A DNA stretch of 64,000 nt from Chlorokybus atmophyticus (taxonomy: Eukaryota; Plantae; Mesostigma and Chlorokybus algae): positions 1,141,906 through 1,205,905 of the forward strand of contig RHPI01002048.1 in the NCBI GenBank assembly GCA_009103225.1. Direction: 5' to 3'. Positions within the stretch are counted from its first letter, which is position 1, and each line of letters begins with the position of its first letter. Positions 11,991 through 24,000 of the stretch are shown piece by piece. The position numbers and the translations under genes are program-made. The notes under the pieces are model-generated. The model did no database searches and had not been told where the DNA came from. It worked only from the letters and a program-made list of their open reading frames with translations.

Positions 11991-13369
11991 AGTCTGATCT
12001 ATGACACAGCCATGCACGCGTGTGTCTTGCATGTGATTCTTGATAGCGTGGTGATGTGGATTGGTTGATCGCTGGCGTGCTAACCAAGATCTGTCATCAT
12101 AGATGGTGGACGAAGCAGTTGCAAGGGTGCACCGTGCACTTGACCTGGCAGTTGCCGCAAGTAGGTGGGCACCACCTATTCCCCATAGTCAACCTCTCGA
12201 GCCCAGCCAACCACCATCGGAGTGTGCTACGAAGAAGTGGCTGGATATCTACCTAAAGATTGTGACAGCCCTGGAAGATTCTGGTGTCCAGGTTGCTCTC
12301 GTCAACGAGATTATGAAGCTCATCTTCGGCCAGATAAATTCTGTGGTCAAGCTGGCCTTGGAGGTTCCTTTTGAACAGGAGCAGTTGCGGGATGACATCG
12401 CCAGCCTCATAGGCGACACAATATCGCACAGCCCTGTCGCGGAGAGTTGCCGACAGACATTGCCGCCGTGGATAAACTGTTGGCCGCGCTCGGCATGCCT
12501 GTTCCTCAGCGTCTGACCGTCTGCCCCACATGCAAGTACTTGTTTGATGCACCTTATCCCACACTCAATGAAGATGACGAGGACTCGGACACGGGCGAGA
12601 CCAAGCAAAAAATGATTGATCGCCTTCGCAACACACCGTGCGGAGGGGGATGCGGCAGGGTTCGCAAAGAATGTTGCGACTTCTTGTACAATCGTATAGG
12701 TGCCTGGCTCACCGCCAAGTTAGCTGTCCCTTCAATCGCTGACGACTATCTGGAGGAATGGCACCACAAAGATGAGTGGTTGCACGTCCCTGTGGAACAA
12801 GTACCTGCTGCAAACATTGAGTACTGGCATGGTGCGAAGAAGCAGCATCACTGCAGCTTCTGGGACCCTCGCCACAAAATCAAGCTGCCTGTGTCCTGCG
12901 CATTCTGCAACCACATCCCGGATGTCGATTAGGAGCATTACAACGCAGGCGATCACGTGACATATGAATGCTCAGGGTGCCACAAAACCAACCATCAGAT
13001 GGTACAGCAAGCTCTTGGCGACCCTCGCAACATAGCCCTGCTAATCCACGCCGACGGCTTCAGCTCAACAACCACTGTGAAGCACAGCTGCACCGTTGTC
13101 AGTGCCTCTGTGCTCAATGGCGGGAAGCGCATTTTCTCACAAGAGTCTTCCGTCATGCCTTTGCTCTTTGTTCCCACTGATCAGCTCCCAAACGGTGTGA
13201 ACAGTCTGGAGCCCTTTCTGGAACCACTGGTGCGTGACCTAGAGAACCTCTACTTGAACGGCTTCACTGTTCGTTATGGCCTCGATTCCAATCATATCGA
13301 CAGCCGCGTGCTTGATCGACGACCAGGTAATGACTGGGTTATAACATGTTTTGTCACCTATATCACCCA

Positions 13370-13540
13370 AAGTCTCATAGGCACTGTCCAGAGTCTACAA
13401 CTTATGCAGTCCATTTTTGTGTGTGCTAAAGTCTCATAGGCACTGTTCAGTGGCTGCGACTTGGTTATAGCATATCTGCCTTCTTGCGGTCTATGAGACT
13501 GTCATAGGCTGCACTGCCGAGTGCGGCCTATAACAGTCTA
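13370..13540 (+). repeat. Partial 57-bp units and CATAGGC motifs in a transposase intron
   Basis: aagtctcataggcactgtccagagtctacaacttatgcagtccatt, aagtctcataggcactgttcag, gtcataggctgcactg. Confidence 0.85.
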
Positions 13541-14964
13541 TCAGACTTGTTGTGAGATACTGATGTTGACTTCATTGCAGGTCAAGAGATAACGCTGCGG
13601 GTAGTGCTGTGGGCATGGACGGGTGACCAGCCAGCGCAATGTGAGATAGGCCAGTTTACGAATGGAGGCCTCGTCCCATGCCGGCGTTGTCTCCTCAAAG
13701 CCACTCAGCACCAAGTGCCCCGGCGTGCTGAGCAGGGTGAAGATACTACGAGGACACGTACAGACCATTTTTATGGTGACAATTGCTACTACTGCCGCAA
13801 TCCCCCAGCAGAGAGAGCAGCAAAGGATGCGTTCGACAGCGCGTGCATGGTGGACTCACTCGATGGCCAAAATCGGAAAGAAAAATCAATGGAGTGCGGC
13901 ATCACAGGGAAATCTCCACTCTGGCGGTTGTGGCATCTGTATGAGTTTAACCCTTGCCGTGACTTGGTCTATGACACGATGCACCTGTTGCTGGAGGGGC
14001 TTTGCAAGAGTTTCGTGCACAATACACTGGGTGCAGACAGTTCAAAGCATGTCGAAGACATTGCCAAGGTGGAGCGCAGGCTGTCTCAGATGCGCATATC
14101 ACGCCCCATGGACTTGAAGAGCAAACGTTTCCCAAGAGGCATCAGCAAGCACCTGGCTTGGTTCAAGGCCCAGGACTTGCAGATGTTCGTGCAGTATGCT
14201 GTGCCATACGCTGTGTTCAATTTGGTAGACGAAGCAACCAGAGACGTCAGCTTTGCGCTTCACTTGCTCATCCGCATCTTCTTCTACAACTCTCGCCTAC
14301 ATGGCTGGACTGCGGAGCTGTTGGAACTTGCTGACGCTCTTTTGAAATATTGGAGGGTCTACTCGGAGGACCTGTTTGGCACCAACAAAAGGCCTAACGA
14401 GCATGTGGCCGGTGCCGGTCACATTCTGGAGGACATCATCTAGCACGGGAGTCATGATGTGTACTGGTGTTTTGTGCAAGAGCGCACTGTGTCCAACTAT
14501 GTCAACACCTTCACCAATGGGAAGCAGTTTGAGATCTGCTACATGCGGCGTACACTAAGGAGATGGTTTCTGAGGACGCTCAACGTCATGCGAAAAGATC
14601 AGAGGACTGGAAAGCTGTTGTGCCACCGAGCTAATGGTATAATGGCGCACTCTCAGCAGGTTTAACAGCCTCTGAGTGGAGCATGTAGTGACTGTCATTA
14701 CGAAGTGCGCACTCAGAAGCACGCCATGGAGCTCTGGACCCTCGCTGAGAAATTCCCAGACTTAGAGCATGCGCGACTGATCAAAGAAAAGGGCATCCTT
14801 ATTGGCAGCATCAGGAAGCCTGTCCCTCTTCAGGAACCCTTGGCCTTGGAAATCAAGCGCGTTGAGAACATCACTGGCAACTTGCCCGGAGGCATATGCA
14901 AGTTCCGCGCATATCTGCGTAACGGGGTCATCTACAGGTGTGGTTTAGTCTACAAATTATGTAA

Positions 14965-15025
14965 TCTATTGCTCTGACCTAAAGTCTCATAGGCACTGTC
15001 ACGTGTCTCATAGGCAGTGTCTACT
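14965..15025 (+). repeat. Partial 57-bp units in a transposase intron
   Basis: ttgctctgacctaaagtctcataggcactgtcac and gtgtctcataggcagtgtctac. Confidence 0.85.
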
Positions 15026-15127
15026 GTCATCTCTTGATATAAAGTGAGTGAGTAAAGCCTTTGGTATTTGCAGACGCAGAGGCGTTGATAACGTGAAGAT
15101 GACGGACCCAACTGTCGCACCATGCCG

Positions 15128-15551
15128 TGTTGAAGGACTAGCATGCACATGTAGTTGAGGCAAGCATGGATACACACGGACAGAGCTACCGCCACCAGAG
15201 CATACACAAGTCACATCACATTCATCTATTACAAGTTGTCCGCTGGTTCTTATACCAGCCAGTTACACACACGTCTACGTTTGCAAGCACTGCGTAAGCT
15301 ATACTCAGCCTTTTAACGCGCTCTAAGCTGCGTTGTCTTTCTTACAACCAGAGCTTTCCAACAAGCTCTCACACGCCTAATATGAGTAAGTATACGCGGA
15401 GATACGAAGCAGTTAGTAAGGCTCCAGTCTGGAGTCCGGAGTCTGGTCCGACGATGCCATCTTGCTAAGTCCGGACCTAGTGCTCGTCCTTACGACCTTC
15501 TACTCCTGTGTGGAGGGTCGATGCTGATCGTATGTAGGAATACTCTCAACA
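15128..15551 (-). repeat. 3' LTR of the copia element
   Basis: Direct repeat of 19610-20033; preceded on the minus strand by a purine-rich GCGTGGGAG tract (15552-15560). Confidence 0.97.
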
Positions 15552-15593
15552 CTCCCACGCGAGCAGCTTGACCTCCAACGCTTGCTCCTGTAG

Positions 15594-18500
15594 TCAAACA
15601 CAGATGCCAAGTCCTGCACAACAAGTCTTGAACTTGAGTGGTGACAATGGCTTTGTCATGAAGTCCGCCAGCATGCGTTCGGTGTTGCAGTACTGGAACT
15701 CCACCTCCTTCCTTGTGACTCTGTCACGCACAAAGTGATGCATGACATCAATGTGCTTCGTCCTTGCCGAGGCGATAGGGTGCTTCAACAACTTGATGGC
15801 TCCTTGGTTGTCACAGTTGATGACGATGCACGCCATGGGGTGCTCCAAGTCTGCCATGAGCTTGCGAAGCCAGAGTGCCTCCTTCACTGCTGCTGCCGCT
15901 GCCATGTACTCAGCCTCTGATGTAGATGCTGCTGTTGTTGGCTGCAGCCTGCTGTTCCAGCTCACCACGCCTCCGTTCAGCTTGAAGACGTAGCCTGTAG
16001 TGGACCTCCTGCTGTTGAGGTCACCAGCAAAGTCCGAGTCGCAGTAGCCCTCCAACTCAGTGCTCCCGCTCCCAAACTTGATGCCAACTGTTGCGCTCCC
16101 AGCAACATAGCGTAGTACTCCCTTTGCTGCTCTCCAGTGCTCCATGCTCGGTGCAGACATGTAGCGAGCAAGTACTCCCACAGCATGTGCAACATCGGGA
16201 CGTGTGCACACTGCCAGATAGAGCATGCTGCCTACCAGCTCACCATATGGATACTGAGCCTTGTCGAGTACCTCCTCATCCTTTGCCTTGATGAGGGCAG
16301 TGCCAAGTGCCAACGGTGTGGTCTTGGTCTTCGCTTCAGTGAGCCCAAACTTGGTGACGAGTCTTCTCACCATCTGCTCCTGACTGATCTTGATTGTGCG
16401 AGCCGCCCTGTCGCGCTCAATCACCATGCCAAGGAACCACTTGGCCTCTCCAAGATCACGAACTGAGAATGCTTGCTGTAGAGCAAGTTTCGTCTCCTGC
16501 AGGTGGTGCACCTGCCTGGCGGTGATGATGATATCATCAACATACACGAGCAGCCAGACCTTGTTGTCTGCATGGATGAAGAGCCCAGGGTCTGCAGAGG
16601 ATGCGGTGAAGCCAAGTGCCTCCAGCTCCTTGGTGAGCTTGATGTGCCACATACGCGGTGCCTGTCGCAGCCCGTACAGTGCCTTGATCAGCTTGCACGC
16701 TGTGCCTCTCTCCCCTTCTTCATATCCAGGTGGTTGCTCGATGAAGATCTCCTCCTCCAGCTCTCCGTAGAGGAAGGCAGTCTTCACATCCAGGTGATGC
16801 AGCTCTAGGTCTTCAGCAGCAACCATAGCTAGCAGTGCACGGAAGGTGGTATGCTTACTTGCAGGTGCAAACACTTCGTTGAAGTCCACACCTTCCTGCT
16901 GCAAGAAGCCCTTTGCCACCAGTCTTGCCTTGTAGCGCTCAATGTTGCCCTGACCATCACGCTTCACCTTGAAGACCCATTTCACTGGAATGGTCTTCAC
17001 TCCTTGCGGTAACTGCTCCAGTGACCAAGTGTTGTTGGCATGGAGTGACGCAATCTCCTCGTCCATAGCACGCTGCCATTGCTCCGCATCTGGTGCTAAC
17101 AATGCCTCCTCGTAGGTGCTTGGCTCCTCATTCTGCACACTGGCGACGTGTGCCTTGTGTAGGAAGTCAGGTGCCTTTCTCTCCCTCACTGGGTATCTCC
17201 GAGCTGCGTGCTCCTGCTGCAGGTGCGACTGCTTGTCTGCTACAGTGGAGTCCTGCTCACCCTTATCGTCGATGATGGCCTTGCCTGTAGCCTCCACTGT
17301 TTCAGGATGCTCCGGCTGTGCTTCATCTTCAGGAAAGAAGCCTGCTTCTGGTTGTGATAATCCCTCGTGGAAAACCACCTCTCTGCTCACGATGATCTTC
17401 TGAGTGTCCTCGAGCAAGATCCTGTAAGCCTTGGAACCCGGTTCATAGCCAACGAAGATGCCCTTCTTGCTGACCGGCTCCAGCTTGTGCCTGAGCTGTT
17501 TAGGCACTAGTGCATATGCCGTGCATCCAAACACACGCATACCACTCACATCTGGTGTGGCTCCATAGAAGTGCTCCCACGGAGTCTTCTGCTCTGAGCT
17601 CACCGGAGACCTGTTGCGGATGTAGTTGGCAGTGAGTACCGCCTCCTTCCACAAACTGTCTTCCATCTTTGTGTCGTTGAGCATGGCTCGAACACGCTCC
17701 AAGAGTGTCCTGTTGAGGCGTTCAGCTGCTCCATTCTGCTGCGGGGTGTAGGGTGCCGTTGTCTCGTGGCGTATGCCCTTGCTGGCGAAGAACTCCTTCA
17801 ACTCCTTGTTGATGTACTCCCCTCCTCGATCACTCCTCATTGCCTTCATCTTGTTGCCAGACTGGGTCTCCAACAAGGCCACAACTGTGCGCACAGCTCC
17901 AGCAACTTCTGACTTCAGCGTCAATGGAAAGATGATGGACAGCTTGCTGTAGTCGTCGAGGAATGTAGCAAAGTACCTGGCCCCTCCCTTCGCCACAATG
18001 CGCATAGGGCCACAGACATCCATGTGCACAAGCTCGCAAGGATGCTGACTGCTAGAAGAGGATGATGGGAATGGCATAGCATGCTGCTTTGCAACCAGGC
18101 ATGGTTCACAAAGTGCACCTGATGCATTCTTGAGTTCTTCTGTGCTGAGATGGATGCCCTTGACCATCTTCTCAGCGACAAGGCGAGTGAGGTTGACGTA
18201 GCTGAGATGCCCGAACCTTCGATGCCACAATGTTGGCGACTCCTTGTCCTTCACCACCATGGCTTGAATGTCTCTGTCTTGAGGCTGCTCCACGTGGTAG
18301 AGCCCTCCCGGATCAGCGATTCCAACCATGTGCACGACCCCATCAAGGATGACTGAGCAGCCACCCTTCCGAAATAGGATCTCCGCGCCTAAGCGCTCCG
18401 CAACCCTCACAGAGAATAGACTCGCAATAGCCTTAGGAACATGCAGGACGTTGCGTAACAACACCTCGCGTAGTGTGTTACCAACCTTGCACTGGAGTCG

Positions 18501-19502
18501 TACGTTGCCAACTCCCTCAGCCACCAGTACTTCGCCACCGAAGCCCGCCACCTTGATTGTGGACGTCAGCTTCCTGTAGCCCTCCATCACCTCCTTGTTT
18601 GGTGTGAGATGACGATCGCAGCCAGAGTCCACCACCCAGAAAGCTGTGCCCGCCCTCGAACTGGATGCAGTGAAGGCGACATGTTTCTCCTTGTGTTGGT
18701 GCTCGTTGCCGCTGTTGCTGGTGCTTGCTCTAGGTTGCCCCTGTTGTTTCTTCCTACAGTCCTTCACAATGTGCCCCTTCCAACCACACCAGTGGCATGT
18801 GAGGTCTTTGTGACGAGGATTGCCTGGCTTGTTGCCCTTGTACTTCTCTTCATGGTTGCTCTTCTTTGCGTGCTTGCCGGTGTAGAAGGCGACGGCATCC
18901 GCTTGCTCGTCCTTCTTCACAACCCTCTGCTCCACGGTGAGCAGCTTCGGTAGCACATCGTCCAACGTCAACTCCGATGATGACGTCTCCAGCAGGGTTG
19001 CGACGACCTCGTACTCTGCTGGTAGCCCTGCAACAATGGCCAGCACTACCTCCGTCTCCCCCATGTTGTGGCCGACGTTGATGAGGTCCGCCCACAGCTC
19101 TCTCGCGCGCGCAACATACTTTGTGATGGGTTCTGCTGCCTCCTTCCTGAGTGCGCTGAGCTGCTTGCGTAGATGCAACTTTCTGGCATTGTTCTTGGCT
19201 CTGAAAACGGCTGATAGCTTTTCCCAAGCTTGTCTACCATCTTCACATGCAGTGAGCATGGGAAAGTGATGCGGTTTGCTGTTCAACACAAGCAAAGAGT
19301 GTGCTTCTGCTGAATGCTCTGACCACACAGTGTTCGCTCCTGGTGTTGGTGGTGGTGCCTTCGGATCAACGTACTTCCACACCTTCTTGTGGATGAGCAA
19401 GGCCTTCATCTCCACGCACCATGTGTTGTAGTTGTCGGTGTCCAGCTTTGCAATCTGCCCCTTGTCGTAGGTCGCCTCCATCTTTGTCGTGCCTGCCTTC
19501 AC
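15594..19502 (-). CDS. Copia gag-pol polyprotein (gag, CCHC knuckle, protease, integrase, RT, RNase H), 1302 aa
   Basis: CHWCGWKGHIVKDC, WVVDSGCDRH, LWHRRFGH..CEPC, VHMDVCGP..RSDRGGEY..QQNGAAER, YKARLVAKG, LVYVDD, GYCDSDFAG, KHIDV; IN before RT is the copia domain order. Confidence 0.97.
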   Translation of the reverse strand: MKAGTTKMEATYDKGQIAKLDTDNYNTWCVEMKALLIHKKVWKYVDPKAPPPTPGANTVWSEHSAEAHSLLVLNSKPHHFPMLTACEDGRQAWEKLSAVFRAKNNARKLHLRKQLSALRKEAAEPITKYVARARELWADLINVGHNMGETEVVLAIVAGLPAEYEVVATLLETSSSELTLDDVLPKLLTVEQRVVKKDEQADAVAFYTGKHAKKSNHEEKYKGNKPGNPRHKDLTCHWCGWKGHIVKDCRKKQQGQPRASTSNSGNEHQHKEKHVAFTASSSRAGTAFWVVDSGCDRHLTPNKEVMEGYRKLTSTIKVAGFGGEVLVAEGVGNVRLQCKVGNTLREVLLRNVLHVPKAIASLFSVRVAERLGAEILFRKGGCSVILDGVVHMVGIADPGGLYHVEQPQDRDIQAMVVKDKESPTLWHRRFGHLSYVNLTRLVAEKMVKGIHLSTEELKNASGALCEPCLVAKQHAMPFPSSSSSSQHPCELVHMDVCGPMRIVAKGGARYFATFLDDYSKLSIIFPLTLKSEVAGAVRTVVALLETQSGNKMKAMRSDRGGEYINKELKEFFASKGIRHETTAPYTPQQNGAAERLNRTLLERVRAMLNDTKMEDSLWKEAVLTANYIRNRSPVSSEQKTPWEHFYGATPDVSGMRVFGCTAYALVPKQLRHKLEPVSKKGIFVGYEPGSKAYRILLEDTQKIIVSREVVFHEGLSQPEAGFFPEDEAQPEHPETVEATGKAIIDDKGEQDSTVADKQSHLQQEHAARRYPVRERKAPDFLHKAHVASVQNEEPSTYEEALLAPDAEQWQRAMDEEIASLHANNTWSLEQLPQGVKTIPVKWVFKVKRDGQGNIERYKARLVAKGFLQQEGVDFNEVFAPASKHTTFRALLAMVAAEDLELHHLDVKTAFLYGELEEEIFIEQPPGYEEGERGTACKLIKALYGLRQAPRMWHIKLTKELEALGFTASSADPGLFIHADNKVWLLVYVDDIIITARQVHHLQETKLALQQAFSVRDLGEAKWFLGMVIERDRAARTIKISQEQMVRRLVTKFGLTEAKTKTTPLALGTALIKAKDEEVLDKAQYPYGELVGSMLYLAVCTRPDVAHAVGVLARYMSAPSMEHWRAAKGVLRYVAGSATVGIKFGSGSTELEGYCDSDFAGDLNSRRSTTGYVFKLNGGVVSWNSRLQPTTAASTSEAEYMAAAAAVKEALWLRKLMADLEHPMACIVINCDNQGAIKLLKHPIASARTKHIDVMHHFVRDRVTRKEVEFQYCNTERMLADFMTKPLSPLKFKTCCAGLGICV

Positions 19503-19596
19503 TTGCAGTTGACACCCAAGGCTCTGCTACCAACAAGCTACCGTAGTGTAGAACTACTATGCACACAAGCTAGTCTCACACTCCTCAAGCGTAGTG

Positions 19597-19609
19597 TGGG
19601 CCCATAACC
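19597..19609 (-). promoter_or_regulatory. Primer-binding site, tRNAiMet half-molecule (Drosophila copia-like) type
   Basis: Minus strand GGTTATGGGCCCA directly abuts the 5' LTR; matches the copia-type PBS complementary to an internal part of initiator tRNA-Met. Confidence 0.85.
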
Positions 19610-20033
19610 TGTTGAAGGACTAGCATGCACATGTAGTTGAGGCAAGCATGGATACACACGGACAGAGCTACCGCCACCAGAGCATACACAAGTCACATCA
19701 CATTCATCTATTACAAGTTGTCCGCTGGTTCTTATACCAGCCAGTTACACACACGTCTACGTTTGCAAGCACTGCGTAAGCTATACTCAGCCTTTTAACG
19801 CGCTCTAAGCTGCGTTGTCTTCCTTACAACCAGAGCTTTCCAACAAGCTCTCACACGCCTAATATGAGTAAGTATACGCGGAGATACGAAGCAGTTAGCA
19901 AGGCTCCAGTCTGGAGTCCGGAGTCTGGTCCGACGATGCCATCTTGCTAAGTCCGGACCTAGTGCTCGTCCTTACGACCTTCTACTCCTGTGTGGAGGGT
20001 CGATGCTGATCGTATGTAGGAATACTCTCAACA
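19610..20033 (-). repeat. 5' LTR of the copia element
   Basis: Direct repeat of 15128-15551. Confidence 0.97.
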
Positions 20034-21013
20034 TGCCGGGTGGATGAGATCTACCTGTTCAATTGGCGGAAATCCACTATCCATGTGCAAGTGCGGCCTT
20101 ATACCAAAAAGCGTGATGCCATGGGCAATGATCTGATTGACCGATACACTGGTGCAGAGTGCATTGGGCGTTTGGCAGATGAGTTTACGCTCATCGGTGG
20201 AGACCAGTCGCAACGCAAGCTCTGGGTGTTGCTCAACCGTGATGTAGCAAACCATCAATTGGCGTACGACTATGACAGCACAGAGTTGAGAGTCACTGCA
20301 GCCGACATCCCCTTGCCGGTGTGGCCAGAAAAGGGCAATTTCCTGGAGATGCGGCACAACAGCAAGTCTATTTTCGACTTCAGACGTCCGCATGAGCCCC
20401 CAGATGAAGATCCTGCTGACCCACCCCCTTGGGTTGTTGTGGTCAAAGTGGTGCGGTCCGACGGTCATATGGTAGTCGACTACCTGAAGAAGGCAGGGGG
20501 GAGGAGGGTAGGCGTCTGGGTGGTTAACACAGCTGCGAGCGACCAGGTGGAGGACCGTTTCTCAGCCAAAACAAAGCTCGACTGGCCAAGGCAAGGGAGC
20601 AGCAGGAGCAGCTTTGCGTGGACTGAGAGGGGTAGAAGTGATGGACGGCGAATGAAATTCAACCAACATCGCATGTATTGGAAGCCAGGACAGCAGGCAG
20701 CAAGTGAGTGTGTTTGCACTTGCATTCACGTGTTTGTGAGTGCGTGTGTCTGTACCATAGACCAGTTCGAATAACTGCGCCTTGCAGACAACTATGTGCA
20801 CTGTGCGCGTGTGCATGCGACTGCATGTGTGATGGCCAAGCAAGCAGGGCAAGCAATGAACATGTAATGGCAATATATTACTGTATACACTTATGCACAT
20901 CTGTTCTGCAGGCTATGTACACTGAATGGATGCATATAAGCCCAGCCTGCAGCTGGACTATAAGCAACCTGAAGTAGGTACCTGGGTGCTATTGACTCAG
21001 TCTATAGGCCATA

Positions 21014-24000
21014 TTAGGGTGGTGGTGGTGGCGGTGGTGGTGGTGAGTGTCTGCTCAAGTAGTAGCCAATCAGGTTATGATAAATGGCTTTGGTGTAGTG
21101 TGGGCCCAGGTGCATAACTTCCTGTTGTGCTGCAGTGAGGTGTGTATATGATCTGCTCGCCATGTTCTGATCAAGCAGAAGCAAAAAGTGAGTGAGGCCA
21201 GGCTGCAGAGCACCAAACGCCTCCAAAGTGTTGGCGTACAAAGGGAGCCCATTCTCCGCTCTCCGTTGATTGATGTCACGGAGGTAATGGTGCGATGTGT
21301 TTCGGATCAAAACACACAGTGCAGCAGGTTCACTGTCCCAAGTGTCTCGTGTCGCTTGATTGTTCCTCTGCGCCCAGGCATTGCGAGCTTGTATGCAGAC
21401 CGCAAGCTCTGGAGCCATCAGCTATTGCCAACCTTGCAAGTACTGTTGTATGCGCTGGGTAGTCTGTGCTCCTCCTTCGCTCAACGAACGTGCCCACGCG
21501 CCGCGACTTTCAGCCAGGAAGTCCTCCACCACAACCCGCATCCACTCATCAACCAGCATGCCTTCCATGCGAACTTGCTGTTTTTCAACGAGCTCCAGAT
21601 CATCTTCTAAGTTCGTGACCCGCCTATCGAGTTGATTATTCTCCCTTTGCTGTTCAATGATTTTCTCTTGCAGTTCAGCTTCTGGCGGTAGTGCGGACGT
21701 GGAAGGAATGTCAGCAGCTCCACCACCTGGCATTACAGTCTGCAGCATCTGAAGCGTCTCCTCAAGCCTCTGCTGGGTATCTTCGAGCAGCTTCTCTGTA
21801 TGACTGACACGCTGCATGGCTTGAGCAACGTTTTCTTCCGATTCTGCCAGGTCCGCCTGCGCCTTCTAGATTTCCGGGTCGTCCATGATGGCTGGTCGCT
21901 TGCTGTCTTTGATAAGCTTCTTATTGGACTTCTGGAGTTTGGCATTTTCCTGACGCAGGCGTTTCACCTCCGCATTCAGGGCGTCTGCTTGCCTGCTTGC
22001 CTCTGCTTGCAGCTTGCCCCCAGTCTCTTGCGTTTGAGAGGCCAGCCGCTGGAGTTGTTTGTTGAGAGACTCCACTCTTGCTTCGAGGCGGTTCTTCTCA
22101 GCAGTCAAAGATTCAACCTCTGTTTGCAGCTTGCGCCCAGCCTCTTGCGCCTGTTGAGAGGCCTTCCCGAGTTTTTCATTGAGAGACTACACTGCTGCAT
22201 GGAGCTTCACCCTGGCCTCCTCGCCTTCGCGCAGGCGCTCGCGCAGGCTCTCATTGTCCTGCCGTAGGCTGCTCGCCTGCAGCTTCTTCTTGGCCTCCTT
22301 GGCTTGGCGCAGGCGCTCACTCAGTTGCAAGTTCTCCTCTCGTAGGCGGTCCGCCTCTTCACGCACCTGCTGAGCGGAGGACTCCTGCTGCTGCTGCTGG
22401 CCGCTGCTCTCCTCCAGCTTCTTCCTGGCCTCCTCGCTTTGGCGCAGCCGCTCAGTCAGGCTTGCATTGTCCTGTCGTAGACGGTCCGCCTCCTCAAGCG
22501 CCTTCTGCTGAGTGGACGCCTGCTGCTGCTGCTGGCCGCCGCTCTCCTGCTGCTTCTTCCTGACCTCCTCAGCTTGGCGCAGGCGCTCACTCAGTTATGC
22601 ATTTTCCTTTTGCAGGCGGTCCGCCTCCTCACGCGCCTGCCGCTGGAGGGAGACCATTTGCTGAAGCTGGATTTGGAGTTGAGAGGCCTCCTCGGCTTTG
22701 CGCGCAGCGTCACGCACTTGTTGCGAGGCCTCCTCGGCTTTGCGCAGGCGCTCCTGCAGGCTCTGGATCTCCTCCAAGCGTGCTGTTGCTGATCCTTTGA
22801 AGCTGCTCCTCGCCTGCCGTAGGCTCACATTCTCTGTTTCCAAGCGTTGCCTCTCCGCATTGGTCCACCTCAACTGGTGCTGAAGCGTGTCTTCCTGCTG
22901 CTTCCGAATGGAGTCTTGGTGTGACTGCTGACGCTGAAGTGTTGCATCAAGGGCGTCAACCTCTGCTTGGAGCTTTTGTGCTTGCGCGGAGGGCTGCTGC
23001 TGAAGCTGGTCAAAAAGGTTCTGCTGCTTTTTCCTGGCCTCCTCGGCTGTCGCCAAGTGCTGTCGTAGGCGGTCCCTGTCAGCAGTGATGGCAACCAACT
23101 CTTGCGCTGCATCCTCGCGCTGCATCCTCACGCTGCAAGGCCAGCACCAACTCTTCATCCAACTCGCTGATCCTGTTAAAGGCGGCCTTGACGTCATGTT
23201 CAATGCGCTTGCAGCGGGTGAGGTGCTCTTTCAAGGCAGGGCGTTCACCGCACAGACGTTCAGCTTCTTCCCTCGCCAGCTCTGAACGCCGAGCATTGAT
23301 TTCTCCCAGCTCTTGCAAAGTTTGTTGTAGCTGTTGTACGCGCTGGCTGTCTTCCGCTCTGGCCTGATCCTGCTGCCTTACAGCCTTTGTCGCTTAGCAT
23401 TGGCTGCATCGAGAGCGGCCTGCAGCTGTGGTATGCGCCCCACGGCCTTCTCTCTTTCCTTCTCCTGCTTTGCAAGAGCCACCTCCAGCTTCTGTATGCG
23501 CCCCCCGGCCTCCTCTCTGGCCTTCTTCTCCTGTTGCAGCAACTCTGCATGCTATTGGCTAGCCTTGGCTGCTGCTTCAACAGCGGCTGATAACTCCGCT
23601 GCATGGATGCGCTTGACATCAGCGCTGGCGGATGCGACGGCCTGGGTGCTTGTAGACGCCTCTTCTAGGTGTTGCTGCATCGAAACACCAAGTTAGAGCA
23701 CAAACACGAAACAGCGGGGTCATAGACCAAAATGGACAGTGCGGCCCATGACGCACAAGTAGCCATAGACTGACTAATGCTGACTTTAGCCAAGGGTTAC
23801 CTGAAGTTGGGGCACTTGCTGTTGGAGGTTCTGGAAAAAGCCTTCAACCAACTTGGCTATGTTGCTGGCATTGGCGACTCCTGAACGTGCAGCAGCGATA
23901 CCGTCTTCCAACTTCTTACGAGCATCGTCGTCACCGTCACCGTTGCTGTCATCATCGCTGCTTTCATGATCGCTGGGTTCATCACCACTGCCGTCTCCAT

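Larger units (their letters stand above)
15128..20033 (-). mobile_element. Ty1/copia LTR retrotransposon, intact and young (4906 bp)
   Basis: Two 424-bp LTRs (TGTTGA...TCAACA) differing at 2 sites by eye (15340/19822, 15417/19899); 5-bp TSD TGCCG (15123-15127, 20034-20038); single gag-pol ORF; PBS and PPT present. Confidence 0.98.
11083..20760 (+). pseudogene. CACTA/EnSpm transposase (TnpD/Transposase_21-like), multi-exon, inactivated; start approximate
   Basis: Motifs VCPTC, DPRNIALLIHADGF..S, LEPLVRDLENLYLNG, WTGDQPA..CRRC, DTMHLLLEG, RFPR..WFKAQD, H..GH..HG..YWCFVQER. Lesions: frameshift ~12445, in-frame TAG at 12930 and 14441, copia insertion after 15127. Intron 14938-15073 splices in phase (GVIYR-RRGVDNVKMTDPTVAPC|RVDEIYLF). 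Confidence 0.88.

Noticed and set aside
12930-14443. In-frame TAG codons in the transposase suggesting TAR=Gln recoding, as in some ulvophyte algae
   Set aside because: The 1302-aa copia ORF has no TAA/TAG, and host genes end in TAG (MYB) and TAA (NCBP2) at sensible positions; simple nonsense mutations explain them.
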